64,000 nucleotides of DNA. It comes from Candidatus Aegiribacteria sp. (GTDB taxonomy: Bacteria; Fermentibacterota; Fermentibacteria; Fermentibacterales; JCC-6). The position numbers and the translations under genes are program-made. The stretch spans positions 8,900-72,899 of the forward strand of contig JAWOBF010000059.1 of NCBI GenBank assembly GCA_046498225.1, read 5' to 3'. The notes under the pieces were generated by a model, which did not search any database, was not told the DNA's origin, and saw only the letters and a program-made list of their open reading frames with translations. Below, one piece after another: positions 8,281 to 16,795 of the stretch (within the stretch, counting starts at the first letter, position 1; each line of letters begins with the position of its first letter).

Positions 8281-9000
8281 ATGATGGATTCAGACGGACT
8301 GGACCCCGGTAAGTACGAAGCGATACTCTTCGACCTGGACGGGACGCTTCTGGATTACGGGGCTGCGCAGGAGCACGCCGCCTCTAGGCTGGCAGCCGTA
8401 CTGGGATTGGATGATTCCCCGGCATGGCTGAGGAAGATAACCGATTTCCTGCAGGGCAGGGTCGTACAGGACCTGGAGGCCTGCAAACCCTCGGCCATCG
8501 AACCCGGCTCAGCGGAGATGAGGCAGGCCTTCGGAAGGGCCGGCCTGCGCGTCGATCCCACGGAATTCATGGAGGTCTACTTCCAGAGCATGGAGGAACA
8601 TGGCCGTCCCCTCCCCGGCGTAACCGGCATGCTCGGCCGGCTGCAGGACCGTTTCACCGTCGGAGTGGTGACCAACGGCCCCGGCAGGATGCAGAGGAGA
8701 AGACTCGAGCTGGCCGGGCTGATGGAATTTCTCGATCTGCTGGTCGTAAGCTGCGAAGTGGAGCGGGCCAAGCCTGACCCGGAGATACTCAGGCTGGCCA
8801 TGAAACTGGCGGGCTCCGCCACCTTCAGTACCCTGTTCGCAGGAGACAGCGCCGGGAGCGATATGGGCGCGGCGAACGCCGCAGGGGTCGATTTCGTGTT
8901 CATACAGCCCGACGGTGATTTCTCGGCCCCGGGTCCCAGGGTTCTCGAGCTCAGGAAGACTGTAGAGCTGATGAGATGGATGGATACGGAAGAGAGTTAG
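8281..9000 (+). CDS. HAD-superfamily hydrolase (subfamily IA-like phosphatase)
   Basis: ILFDLDGTLLDY (DxD motif I), VVTNG (motif II) and FAGDSAGSDMGAANAAG (motif IV). Start taken at the MMDSDG methionines. Confidence 0.8.
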   Translation: MMDSDGLDPGKYEAILFDLDGTLLDYGAAQEHAASRLAAVLGLDDSPAWLRKITDFLQGRVVQDLEACKPSAIEPGSAEMRQAFGRAGLRVDPTEFMEVYFQSMEEHGRPLPGVTGMLGRLQDRFTVGVVTNGPGRMQRRRLELAGLMEFLDLLVVSCEVERAKPDPEILRLAMKLAGSATFSTLFAGDSAGSDMGAANAAGVDFVFIQPDGDFSAPGPRVLELRKTVELMRWMDTEES

Positions 9001-9025
9001 ACATCGCCACTTTTTCCTGTATAAT
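8997..9025 (+). promoter_or_regulatory. Sigma70-type promoter candidate for the 9056 OMP gene
   Basis: TTAGAC (8997-9002), 17 nt spacer, TATAAT (9020-9025). GAGGAG RBS at 9046-9051, ATG at 9056. Confidence 0.45.
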
Positions 9026-9055
9026 TGTGTACAGACACCAACCGAGAGGAGAAAA

Positions 9056-9559
9056 ATGAAAAAGCTGATATGTCTGTTGATGGCGCTGGCCGTTCCCGCC
9101 TTCGCGGTAGGATCGGTGGAATACGGCGTGCACGGTGGCCTGCTCCTGCCTACGGGTGACGCGGGCGACTTCTACTCCACCAGCTTCCTGTTCGGAGGCA
9201 ACATACTGGCGCACATGCCGATGTTCGCCATAGAGGGAAGCGTGAGCTACGGCATGCTCCAGGCAGAGGAAGACCTGGAAGGTTTCTCCGCCAGTCTGAT
9301 ACCCATACTGGCGGGCATCAGGACCTATTCCGGTTTCGTCTTCTACGGCGGCGGGGTAGGACTCTACATGGCATCGGCGGAATATACCGCGGGTGGGACA
9401 ACCTATGATTCCAGCGACGAGAATTTCGGTATCTACGGAAACCTTGGAATGATATTCCCCACCGGGTCCATGGACATCGAGGGAAGCATCAAGTACCACC
9501 TGATCGACTTCGATACCGACAACGGCTGGATCGGCCTTACCGTGGGAACCTACTTCTAG
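9056..9559 (+). CDS. Small outer-membrane beta-barrel protein (OmpW/OmpA-barrel-like, 8-stranded class)
   Basis: Signal peptide MKKLICLLMALAVPAFAVG, alternating aromatic/Gly strands, and a C-terminal ...GLTVGTYF with terminal Phe. Confidence 0.7.
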   Translation: MKKLICLLMALAVPAFAVGSVEYGVHGGLLLPTGDAGDFYSTSFLFGGNILAHMPMFAIEGSVSYGMLQAEEDLEGFSASLIPILAGIRTYSGFVFYGGGVGLYMASAEYTAGGTTYDSSDENFGIYGNLGMIFPTGSMDIEGSIKYHLIDFDTDNGWIGLTVGTYF

Positions 9560-9583
9560 AACTCCCTCACGGTCATCGGGCAG

Positions 9584-9616
9584 GGGGCATGGCGAAGCCG
9601 TGCCCCTTTATTCTAT
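9584..9616 (+). terminator. Rho-independent terminator candidate after the small OMP gene
   Basis: GGGGCATGG (9584-9592) pairs with CCGTGCCCC (9598-9606). This is a 9-bp stem with one G-U pair and a 5-nt loop, followed by TTTATTCTAT. It overlaps the stop of the convergent MFS gene. Confidence 0.5.
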
Positions 9617-10894
9617 CCCTCCCTCAGCCCTTCTGATAAAGTACTTCCTCAGGAACAGCACTCCCGCCAGGGCGAAGAAGGCCGAAGACACGAGAAAGGC
9701 CTGGGAGTATCCCCCGAAATGAAGCAGCAGGCTTCCCAGTATGGGAGCGAAGCTGGCCCTCAGGGCTGTCATGGTCACATGAAGTCCCTGATAGGTGGCT
9801 TCCTGCCCCGGGGGGGCGAACTGAAGGCTGGAGATGTCCCAGGATATCTTGATGCCAGCCATACCCAGGGCGAATACGGCAAAGGCCAGGTAGAAAAGCG
9901 CCGTACCCGCGGCGGGGAACCAGTTGGCCATGGCCAGGGAGAGGGGGTAGAAGGCGAGTATCAGGCAGACAATCCCTGTGAACCGGAAAGGATGCAGTCT
10001 CTCCAGCCTGACACCCAGCATGGGCGAGAGGAACAGTATTCCCAGCTGGCCTATGACGCCTCTGGCCATGGCGTACTGTTCGTAATCCAGCTGCAGCCGG
10101 CGGGTGGCGAAGAATGGTATGACCGGCAGGACCATCAGGAAAGCTATTCCGTAGAGAAAGAAATATACCTCGAACCAGGCGAAGTCCCTGTCCTTTCTGA
10201 AAACCGCCCACAGGCTCCGCAGGAAGTGCGCCGAACCTCTTCCGGGAGACCTGTCCGCGACTTCCCTGTCCATGCCTTTTGCCATGATGGAAAGGAAGAC
10301 CGCCTGTCCCGCTCCGAAGACCCCCTCGACCACAAAGAGTATCCTGTAGAACTGGAAGTCCATGTCCAGCAGGGCTCCCGCCAGCATGGCCACCGGAAGG
10401 CTGAACAGGGTGAACACGCTTATCCACCATCCGTAGAGCCTTGCCCTGTGACCGTCCGAATAGCGCTTCTTGATGATGCTGTTCTGCGCCGGCAGGATGA
10501 CGCTGTTGGACGTGAAGAAGAACATCAGCAGCAGAAGCATCAGGTTTACGCTGGAGGAGAAGAACATGAGTGCCACCGGAAGCCTGGTGAGCACGCCGAA
10601 CAGGAGTACGGCCCTGTCGTAGCGTCCCCTGCCGTCCAGCCAGTGGTTGATGAAGACCGACAGGATGTTGCTCACCGGCCACATCATGGTGAGGGCGGTT
10701 ATCTGCCAGGGCAGGGCATTGAGGCCGTTGACCGCTATGTACTCGTGGTTCAGGACCACACCCATGGAGATGCCGCCGGCGACGGCGGACAGCAGATGCA
10801 TCCTGAAGCACCGGCCCTCGGTCCTGCCCAGGGGCCTGAAGAATCTCCGGCTTCTCGGCCTGCCCCTGAGAGGAATCCAGGGGAAGTTATGCAT
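9608..10894 (-). CDS. MFS-type transporter (about 12 TM)
   Basis: Hydrophobic helices throughout and a basic loop motif after TM2 (DGRGRYDR). Start taken at MHNFPW (10894), 2 nt downstream of the cysC stop. Confidence 0.75.
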   Translation of the reverse strand: MHNFPWIPLRGRPRSRRFFRPLGRTEGRCFRMHLLSAVAGGISMGVVLNHEYIAVNGLNALPWQITALTMMWPVSNILSVFINHWLDGRGRYDRAVLLFGVLTRLPVALMFFSSSVNLMLLLLMFFFTSNSVILPAQNSIIKKRYSDGHRARLYGWWISVFTLFSLPVAMLAGALLDMDFQFYRILFVVEGVFGAGQAVFLSIMAKGMDREVADRSPGRGSAHFLRSLWAVFRKDRDFAWFEVYFFLYGIAFLMVLPVIPFFATRRLQLDYEQYAMARGVIGQLGILFLSPMLGVRLERLHPFRFTGIVCLILAFYPLSLAMANWFPAAGTALFYLAFAVFALGMAGIKISWDISSLQFAPPGQEATYQGLHVTMTALRASFAPILGSLLLHFGGYSQAFLVSSAFFALAGVLFLRKYFIRRAEGGIE

Positions 10895-10896
10895 TG

Positions 10897-11520
10897 TCAG
10901 CCGTTCTTCTTGATTATCGCTTTCTCTTCCAGGACCCTGATTATCTCCGCCGCGCACTCCTCGGGTGTGGATTCCGCCGTCTTCAGCACCACCTCCGGCG
11001 ACAGGGGCTCCTCGTAGGGAGCGGATATGCCTGTGAAGGAGGGTATCTCACCGCTCCTGGCCTTCTTGTAAAGCCCCTTGGGATCCCGTTCCTCGGCCAC
11101 CTCCAGGGGAACTTCCACATAGACTTCCACGAAATCGTCATCCTCCTGAATGGACCTGGCGAAATCACGGTCCTCACGGTAGGGACTGATGAAGGCGAGG
11201 ATGTTCACTATGCCGAAGGAGCTGAACAGCCGCGCTACTTCCGAGATCCTGCGGATGTTCTCCTTCCTGTCCTCCGGAGAGAAGCCCAGGTCCCGGTTGA
11301 GACCGTGCCTGATATTGTCCCCGTCCAGTATGGCCGTGAGCACACCCCTCTGGTGAAGCATCTCCGAGAGAACGTCCGCCACGGTCGATTTTCCCGACCC
11401 GGAGAGGCCGGTCAGCCAGATGGTGGCTCCCCTGTGACCGAGGAGTTTTTCCCTGTCGGCCCTGCAGATACCGTGATGGTGCCATGTAAGGTTGCTTCCC
11501 GCAGTCTTCTCCCGCTTCAT
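10897..11520 (-). CDS. cysC: Adenylylsulfate (APS) kinase
   Basis: [16 protein letters not shown]-loop, [17 protein letters not shown] and [15 protein letters not shown]. Confidence 0.9.
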   Translation of the reverse strand: MKREKTAGSNLTWHHHGICRADREKLLGHRGATIWLTGLSGSGKSTVADVLSEMLHQRGVLTAILDGDNIRHGLNRDLGFSPEDRKENIRRISEVARLFSSFGIVNILAFISPYREDRDFARSIQEDDDFVEVYVEVPLEVAEERDPKGLYKKARSGEIPSFTGISAPYEEPLSPEVVLKTAESTPEECAAEIIRVLEEKAIIKKNG

Positions 11521-11643
11521 GATCGATGCTCCTGTTCCTTTTCCGATGCTTTGAATATGGTTTCACCTAGTGGAAAGTTTGACTATCATACATACTCAGA
11601 AAAGAAATCGCTAACCGTATCAACCGTTAACCGAGGAGTCGCC

Positions 11644-12618
11644 ATGCTCAGCAGAGATATCATCAGAGAGAACCTCTCCAGCTGTCTGACCGACACGTCA
11701 GGCCTGGGCCTTCCAGGCGGAAAACGGGGCAAGGTGAGGGACAGCTACGACCTGGGAGACAGGATGCTTCTGATAACCACAGACCGTCAGAGCGCCTTCG
11801 ACAGGGTGCTGGCCTCCGTTCCGTTCAAGGGACAGGTTCTCAACCAGGTCAGCGCCTACTGGTTCGACCGGACCTCGGACATCGTTCCCAACCACGTAAT
11901 TTCCATACCCGATCCCTGCGCGACTCTGGCTGTCAAATGCGAAGTATATCCGGTGGAGTTCATCGTCCGGGGTTACCTTACCGGAAGCACCAGCACCTCC
12001 GCCTGGACTCTCTACAGCGGCGGAAACAGGAATATCTGCGGGAACATCCTTCCGGACGGAATGGTGAAGAACCAGAAGTTCCCCGAACCCATCGTCACTC
12101 CCACCACGAAGAGCGAAGAGCACGACGAGTCCATCACTCCAGAGGAGATAGTGGAAAGAGGGCTGATGACCGCCGGGGAATGGGAGCAGGCTTCCGCAAC
12201 CGCACTGAAGCTGTTCAAAAGGGGCATGGAAATGGCCGCGGAGAACGGCCTGATACTGGTGGACACGAAGTACGAACTGGGCAGGAACGGCAAGGGGGAG
12301 ATGGTCCTGGTGGACGAGATACATACTCCGGATTCATCCAGGTACTGGCTCGCCGACAGCTACGGGGAGAGGTTCGGAAAGGGACTGGAGCCGGAGAACA
12401 TAGACAAGGAGTTCCTGAGGCTGTGGTTCCGGGACAACTGCGACCCCTACGCGGACCGGGAGCTGCCGAGGGCGCCGGACGATCTGGTAGTGGAGCTTTC
12501 CAGGAGGTACATCCAGCTGTACGAGATGATCACCGGAAGGGAATTCCAGCCTGTACTGGATGTCGAACCCCTTGAAAGGCTCCGCAGAAACCTCATGGGG
12601 TCAGGTCTTGCATTATAG
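11644..12618 (+). CDS. purC: Phosphoribosylaminoimidazole-succinocarboxamide (SAICAR) synthase
   Basis: GKVRDSY, LLITTDRQSAFD, LVDTKYELG and PDSSRYW. Only the 3' 975 nt of the 574-aa track ORF is real. Its 5' part is antisense to cysC. Confidence 0.9.
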   Translation: MLSRDIIRENLSSCLTDTSGLGLPGGKRGKVRDSYDLGDRMLLITTDRQSAFDRVLASVPFKGQVLNQVSAYWFDRTSDIVPNHVISIPDPCATLAVKCEVYPVEFIVRGYLTGSTSTSAWTLYSGGNRNICGNILPDGMVKNQKFPEPIVTPTTKSEEHDESITPEEIVERGLMTAGEWEQASATALKLFKRGMEMAAENGLILVDTKYELGRNGKGEMVLVDEIHTPDSSRYWLADSYGERFGKGLEPENIDKEFLRLWFRDNCDPYADRELPRAPDDLVVELSRRYIQLYEMITGREFQPVLDVEPLERLRRNLMGSGLAL

Positions 12619-12720
12619 CATTTATGGCATGACGTAAATATAATTATTTATTAAAACGCATGTTGTAGTCGATATGCTGCCGTCTGACTGAAGCTGGCCT
12701 TTTCAGGAATGTCTCAAGGA

Positions 12721-14841
12721 TCATTTTGGCTGGTTGTCGGAATTTGAGTCCGCTCCCCACAGGTCAAGGGTGTCGGACGATTTCTGTTTGAGTTCCTCGG
12801 ATTTCCTTATCACTTCCTCGGGAGAAAGGGGCTCCCCCTTCGTTTCCTCACCGCTTCCGCCGTTCTCTCCGGACAGCTCCTCCTCTCCTTCGTCCCGCTC
12901 GTCGCCGTCTTCCGTGTCCTCGGGACCGTCCTCATCCTCCATGGGAATTCCGCGAATGCTGGAGACAATCTTCCTGCCGCACAGCTGAACGCCCTTGGCG
13001 GAATCGCTGGTAACCCTGAAGTCGGATATGAGCGCTTCCTCCTTGCGCTTGCGCATCCTCTTCTTCCTCTGGAACCAGATATCCAGTTTCATCTCCTCCT
13101 CGGCGGTAAAGAACAGCAGGCTGCCTTTCCCCGGAATGAAACGGTACTCCTTGTCCATGATGAAACTGTCCACCCGGAACCTCTTTATGTAGGCTATGTC
13201 GGTCTTCTCCTGCCTGTAGACCACGGTGAAGACCCTCTCCCTGTCCAGGACCCCGCAGTAGAGGACCGTTCCGTCGATGAAGTACTTGTCCTGCACCGGC
13301 ACCACTCTGTAAGTACCGTCGTCCAGGAAGAAGACGAAACGGTCGTACTCGGATACGCTGAAGGACCTCTCGCCCTTTATGGTGGTGCCCAGCAGGCCGG
13401 TCTCCCGGTTGAATCCGGCCTTGAGATTCCTGATAGCCACCTCCTTGACGTCGATGTCGCTGAAATCCTCCACCACGGTAAGTCTGGGGTAGCTCTTTCC
13501 GTACCTCTCCAGCAGGGACTCCAGGTAATCCACCGCGTAACCTACTATGTTCCTCAGATGTGACCTCGCCAGTTTCATGTCGGCACTGATGGTGCCCATT
13601 TCTTCCCGGTGGCTCTCGATATCGAACCTGGATATCCTTCTTATCTTCAGGCCGAGAAGCCTCTCCAGGTCCTCCCCCGTCATCTCTATACCCTGATCCT
13701 CCAGGAAGGGCTTCATTCCCTTCCTGACCGTGCTCCGTATCTTCTCCAGGGACCTGCATTCCTCTATCTGCTTGTAGATCCTGTTCTCTATGAATATCTG
13801 CTCGAGAGTGAGCCAGTGCAGTTTCTCCTCACAGTCGGATATCTCCAGTTTAAGCTCCAGCTTCAGTATCTCGATCAGGCGGCCGGTGCAGTAGTGGACC
13901 GCTTCAGATACTGTGGTGTCCACCGGGTTTCCCTCCTCTATCACCACCACCTTGGAGGAGTGAGAGGTCTCACAGTCGGTGTGGGCGAAGAGCCTCTTGA
14001 TCCCTTCGTCTGCCGTGACACCCCTGGAGAGCCGGATGTTTATCTCCACCCTGTCCGTGGTGTAGTCGTCGATGGAGGATATCTTCACCTTCCCCTTCTT
14101 GGACGCCAGCTCGATGGAGCTGATCACGGATTCGGTAGTGGTGCCCCAGGGCAGTTCCCGGATGACCAGGTTCTTGTTCCCGTCTATCTCTATTCGGGCC
14201 CTGTTCCTTATCCTGCCCCTGCCGTCCTCGTAATCGGATACGTCTATCCTGCCTCCCTGCGGAAAGTCCGGGTACAGCTGGAAATCCCGGCCCTTGAGGC
14301 AGGCTATCTGCGCCCTGAGCACCTCCTGGAAGTTGTGGGGGAGTATTCGGGTGGACATGCCCACCGCTATTCCCTCCGCTCCCAGAAGGAGAAGGACCGG
14401 CAGCTTGGCCGGCAGGAGGACAGGTTCCTGATTCCTTCCATCGTAGCTGGAGACGAAATCGGTTATTCTTTTATTGAAGAGGGTCTCCCGGGCCAGCTCG
14501 GTGAGCCTGCACTCGATATACCTGGCGGCGGATGCCTCGTCACCGGTCAGGATGTTGCCGAAATTACCCTGTTTCTCGATGAAGTACCCCCTGTTGGCCA
14601 GGGACACAAGGGCGTCTCCTATGGACCTGTCGCCGTGGGGATGGTACTGCATGCAGTGGCCTATCACGTTGGCCACCTTGTTGAACCTTCCGTCATCCTT
14701 CTGGAAAAGCGACCAGAGTATCCTTCTCTGCACCGGTTTCAGGCCGTCGGCCACGTCGGGTATGGCCCTGTCCTTGATGACGTAGGAGGCGTACTCCAGG
14801 AAATTGCGCCTGTAGAGCCTGCGAAGGCTGGTCTCGCTCAT
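12721..14841 (-). CDS. parC: Type IIA topoisomerase subunit A (topo IV ParC-like, compact 706 aa) with an acidic C-terminal tail
   Basis: DGLKPVQRRILW, QYHPHGD and AARYIECRL (catalytic Tyr). 4-nt overlap with parE upstream. Confidence 0.9.
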   Translation of the reverse strand: MSETSLRRLYRRNFLEYASYVIKDRAIPDVADGLKPVQRRILWSLFQKDDGRFNKVANVIGHCMQYHPHGDRSIGDALVSLANRGYFIEKQGNFGNILTGDEASAARYIECRLTELARETLFNKRITDFVSSYDGRNQEPVLLPAKLPVLLLLGAEGIAVGMSTRILPHNFQEVLRAQIACLKGRDFQLYPDFPQGGRIDVSDYEDGRGRIRNRARIEIDGNKNLVIRELPWGTTTESVISSIELASKKGKVKISSIDDYTTDRVEINIRLSRGVTADEGIKRLFAHTDCETSHSSKVVVIEEGNPVDTTVSEAVHYCTGRLIEILKLELKLEISDCEEKLHWLTLEQIFIENRIYKQIEECRSLEKIRSTVRKGMKPFLEDQGIEMTGEDLERLLGLKIRRISRFDIESHREEMGTISADMKLARSHLRNIVGYAVDYLESLLERYGKSYPRLTVVEDFSDIDVKEVAIRNLKAGFNRETGLLGTTIKGERSFSVSEYDRFVFFLDDGTYRVVPVQDKYFIDGTVLYCGVLDRERVFTVVYRQEKTDIAYIKRFRVDSFIMDKEYRFIPGKGSLLFFTAEEEMKLDIWFQRKKRMRKRKEEALISDFRVTSDSAKGVQLCGRKIVSSIRGIPMEDEDGPEDTEDGDERDEGEEELSGENGGSGEETKGEPLSPEEVIRKSEELKQKSSDTLDLWGADSNSDNQPK

Positions 14842-16649
14842 ACAAGGTTCTCCATTATATAATCGCGCCGGTCGGGAGTGTTGCGTCCCATGAAGAAATC
14901 CAGCATGTCCGGCACCTCTTTCAGCCTGGTTATCCTGACCGGTTCCAGGCGCATGTTCTCCCCAATGAACTGGCCGAATTCGCCGGGTGATATCTCTCCC
15001 AGACCCTTGAACCTGGTTATCTCCGCCTTTGGCCCCAGCTTGCCCACGGCCGACCTGCGCTCCTTTTCGCTGTAGCAGTAGATGGTCTCGTTCTTGTTCC
15101 TGACCCTGAAAATGGGAGTTTCGAGAATGAAGAGATGCTCGTCCAGCACCAGCCCTTCGAAGAAGTGAAGGAAGAGGGTAAGCAGGAGGTTCCTTATATG
15201 CATGCCGTCAACGTCCGCGTCGGTGGCCAGAACTATGCGGTTGTACCTGAGCCCCTCCAGTTCGTTCTCTATATTCAGGGCGCGCATCATGTTGTAGATC
15301 TCTTCGTTCTTGTACACGGTATCCTGCTTCTTCCCGTAGCAGTTGAGGGGTTTTCCTCGAAGGGCGAATACCGCCTGGGTCTGGACGTCCCTGCTGGCTA
15401 TGATGCTGCCGGAGGCGCTGGCGCCCTCCGTGAGGAATATGGTGGTCTCCTCCGCTCTGGGATGGTCGTCCCCGTAGTGCACCTTGCAGTCCTTCAGGCT
15501 TGGTATGCGCAGGGCGACCTGCTTCGCCCTCTGCTTGGCCTGTTTCCTGACCGTGCTCAGTTCCGTTCTTATCTTCCGGTTGGTCTGGACCTTGTCCACC
15601 AGCACTGAGGCCACTTCCGGGTTCCTGTGCAGATGCTGCTCCAGCTCCATCTTCACCCTGCTGGCCACCCACCCCCGAATATCGTTGTTGCCCAGTCTGG
15701 TCTTGGTCTGGGATTCGAAGACAGGTTCCTTCAGCCGTATGGATATGGCGGCTATTATCCCTTCCCTCACGTCCTTTCCGGAATAGGACTCGCCGGTGAA
15801 GGAATTGATTCCCCTGGTTATTCCCTCCTTGAATGCCGATAGGTGGGTCCCGCCGCTGGAGGTGTACTGCCCGTTGGCGAAGGAGAGGTAGCGCTCTCCG
15901 TAATCGGTGGTGTGGGTGATGGCGAATTCCAGGGTCTTCTCCCTGAAGAATATCACCGGGTACATGGCGGAATCACCCGCCTCCTCCTGCAGAAGGTCCA
16001 TCAGGCCGTCATCGGAGACGAAGGTCTCCCCGTTCAGCACTATCTTCAGGCCGGCGTTCAGATGGGCGTAGTGCTGGCACCTGTCCTGAAGGAATTCCTC
16101 CCTGAAGCTGTATTCCCCGAAGATCTCACGGTCGGGTGTGAATTCCACCATGGTGCCGTTCTTCGCGTCGGTCTCACCGGTGGTGTCCTCTTTCAGCTCT
16201 CCCCTCTCGTACACTACTTCACGGTAGCTTCCGTCACGGCAGCTGACCACCCGGAAGCTCTCCGACAGAGCATTCACCGCCTTGGTGCCGATGCCGTTGA
16301 GTCCCACGCTGAACATGAACACGTCGGTGTTGTACTTGGCGCCGGTGTTGATGCGGGACACGCATTCCACGAGTTTTCCCAGGGGAATGCCCCTTCCGTA
16401 ATCCCTGACCGTCATGCGGGTCCCGTCGCAGGTGACCTTTATCCGCTTGCCGTGGCCCATGATGTACTCGTCCACCGAGTTGTCCATGACCTCCTTGAAC
16501 AGGACGTATATCCCGTCGTCGGGATGGGAACCGCTGCCCAGCCGTCCAATGTACATTCCGGTTCGAAGACGGATGTGTTCTATGGAGGATAATGTCTTAA
16601 CCTTGCTCTCGTCGTAGACCTGAGTACCAGCTGAGGTATTTTTTGTCAT
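14838..16649 (-). CDS. parE: Type IIA topoisomerase subunit B (topo IV ParE-like, 603 aa)
   Basis: GHKL ATPase motifs (EVMDNSVDE, DYGRGIP, GLNGIG). Toprim LTEGASASGS and ATDADVDGMHI. PLRGKPLN. Confidence 0.9.
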   Translation of the reverse strand: MTKNTSAGTQVYDESKVKTLSSIEHIRLRTGMYIGRLGSGSHPDDGIYVLFKEVMDNSVDEYIMGHGKRIKVTCDGTRMTVRDYGRGIPLGKLVECVSRINTGAKYNTDVFMFSVGLNGIGTKAVNALSESFRVVSCRDGSYREVVYERGELKEDTTGETDAKNGTMVEFTPDREIFGEYSFREEFLQDRCQHYAHLNAGLKIVLNGETFVSDDGLMDLLQEEAGDSAMYPVIFFREKTLEFAITHTTDYGERYLSFANGQYTSSGGTHLSAFKEGITRGINSFTGESYSGKDVREGIIAAISIRLKEPVFESQTKTRLGNNDIRGWVASRVKMELEQHLHRNPEVASVLVDKVQTNRKIRTELSTVRKQAKQRAKQVALRIPSLKDCKVHYGDDHPRAEETTIFLTEGASASGSIIASRDVQTQAVFALRGKPLNCYGKKQDTVYKNEEIYNMMRALNIENELEGLRYNRIVLATDADVDGMHIRNLLLTLFLHFFEGLVLDEHLFILETPIFRVRNKNETIYCYSEKERRSAVGKLGPKAEITRFKGLGEISPGEFGQFIGENMRLEPVRITRLKEVPDMLDFFMGRNTPDRRDYIMENLV

Positions 16650-16795
16650 TTTACACCATATGTTATGCGTTCATCGAAGTCCTAACACAGCATATAGTAT
16701 ACGAACGCCGGCAGCACAGTGCCAGCCTCAGCATGGTGTGGCGCAGGTGAATCGGGACTACGATATATAGTATCGGGCGCTGGTCCGGAACGGTC

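Noticed and set aside
10894-11643. The 5' 750 nt of the 574-aa track ORF 10894..12618, an apparent N-terminal extension of purC.
   Set aside because: This part is antisense to cysC, which has a clean APS-kinase sequence. purC homology begins at MLSRDIIRENL (ATG 11644).
12619-12720. The AT-rich 102-bp spacer between convergent purC and parC, examined for a bidirectional terminator, tRNA or sRNA.
   Set aside because: Only a weak 5-bp stem is present (CTGAA…TTCAG). There is no tRNA-like T-arm or anticodon structure and no recognisable RNA motif.
16711-16725. A sigma-54-like element CTGGCAC-TGTG-CTGC on the minus strand upstream of parE.
   Set aside because: The GG-to-GC spacing is one nucleotide shorter than the strict -24/-12 TGGCAC-N5-TTGC geometry, and TTGC is degenerate. 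A housekeeping topoisomerase operon is also an unlikely sigma-54 target.
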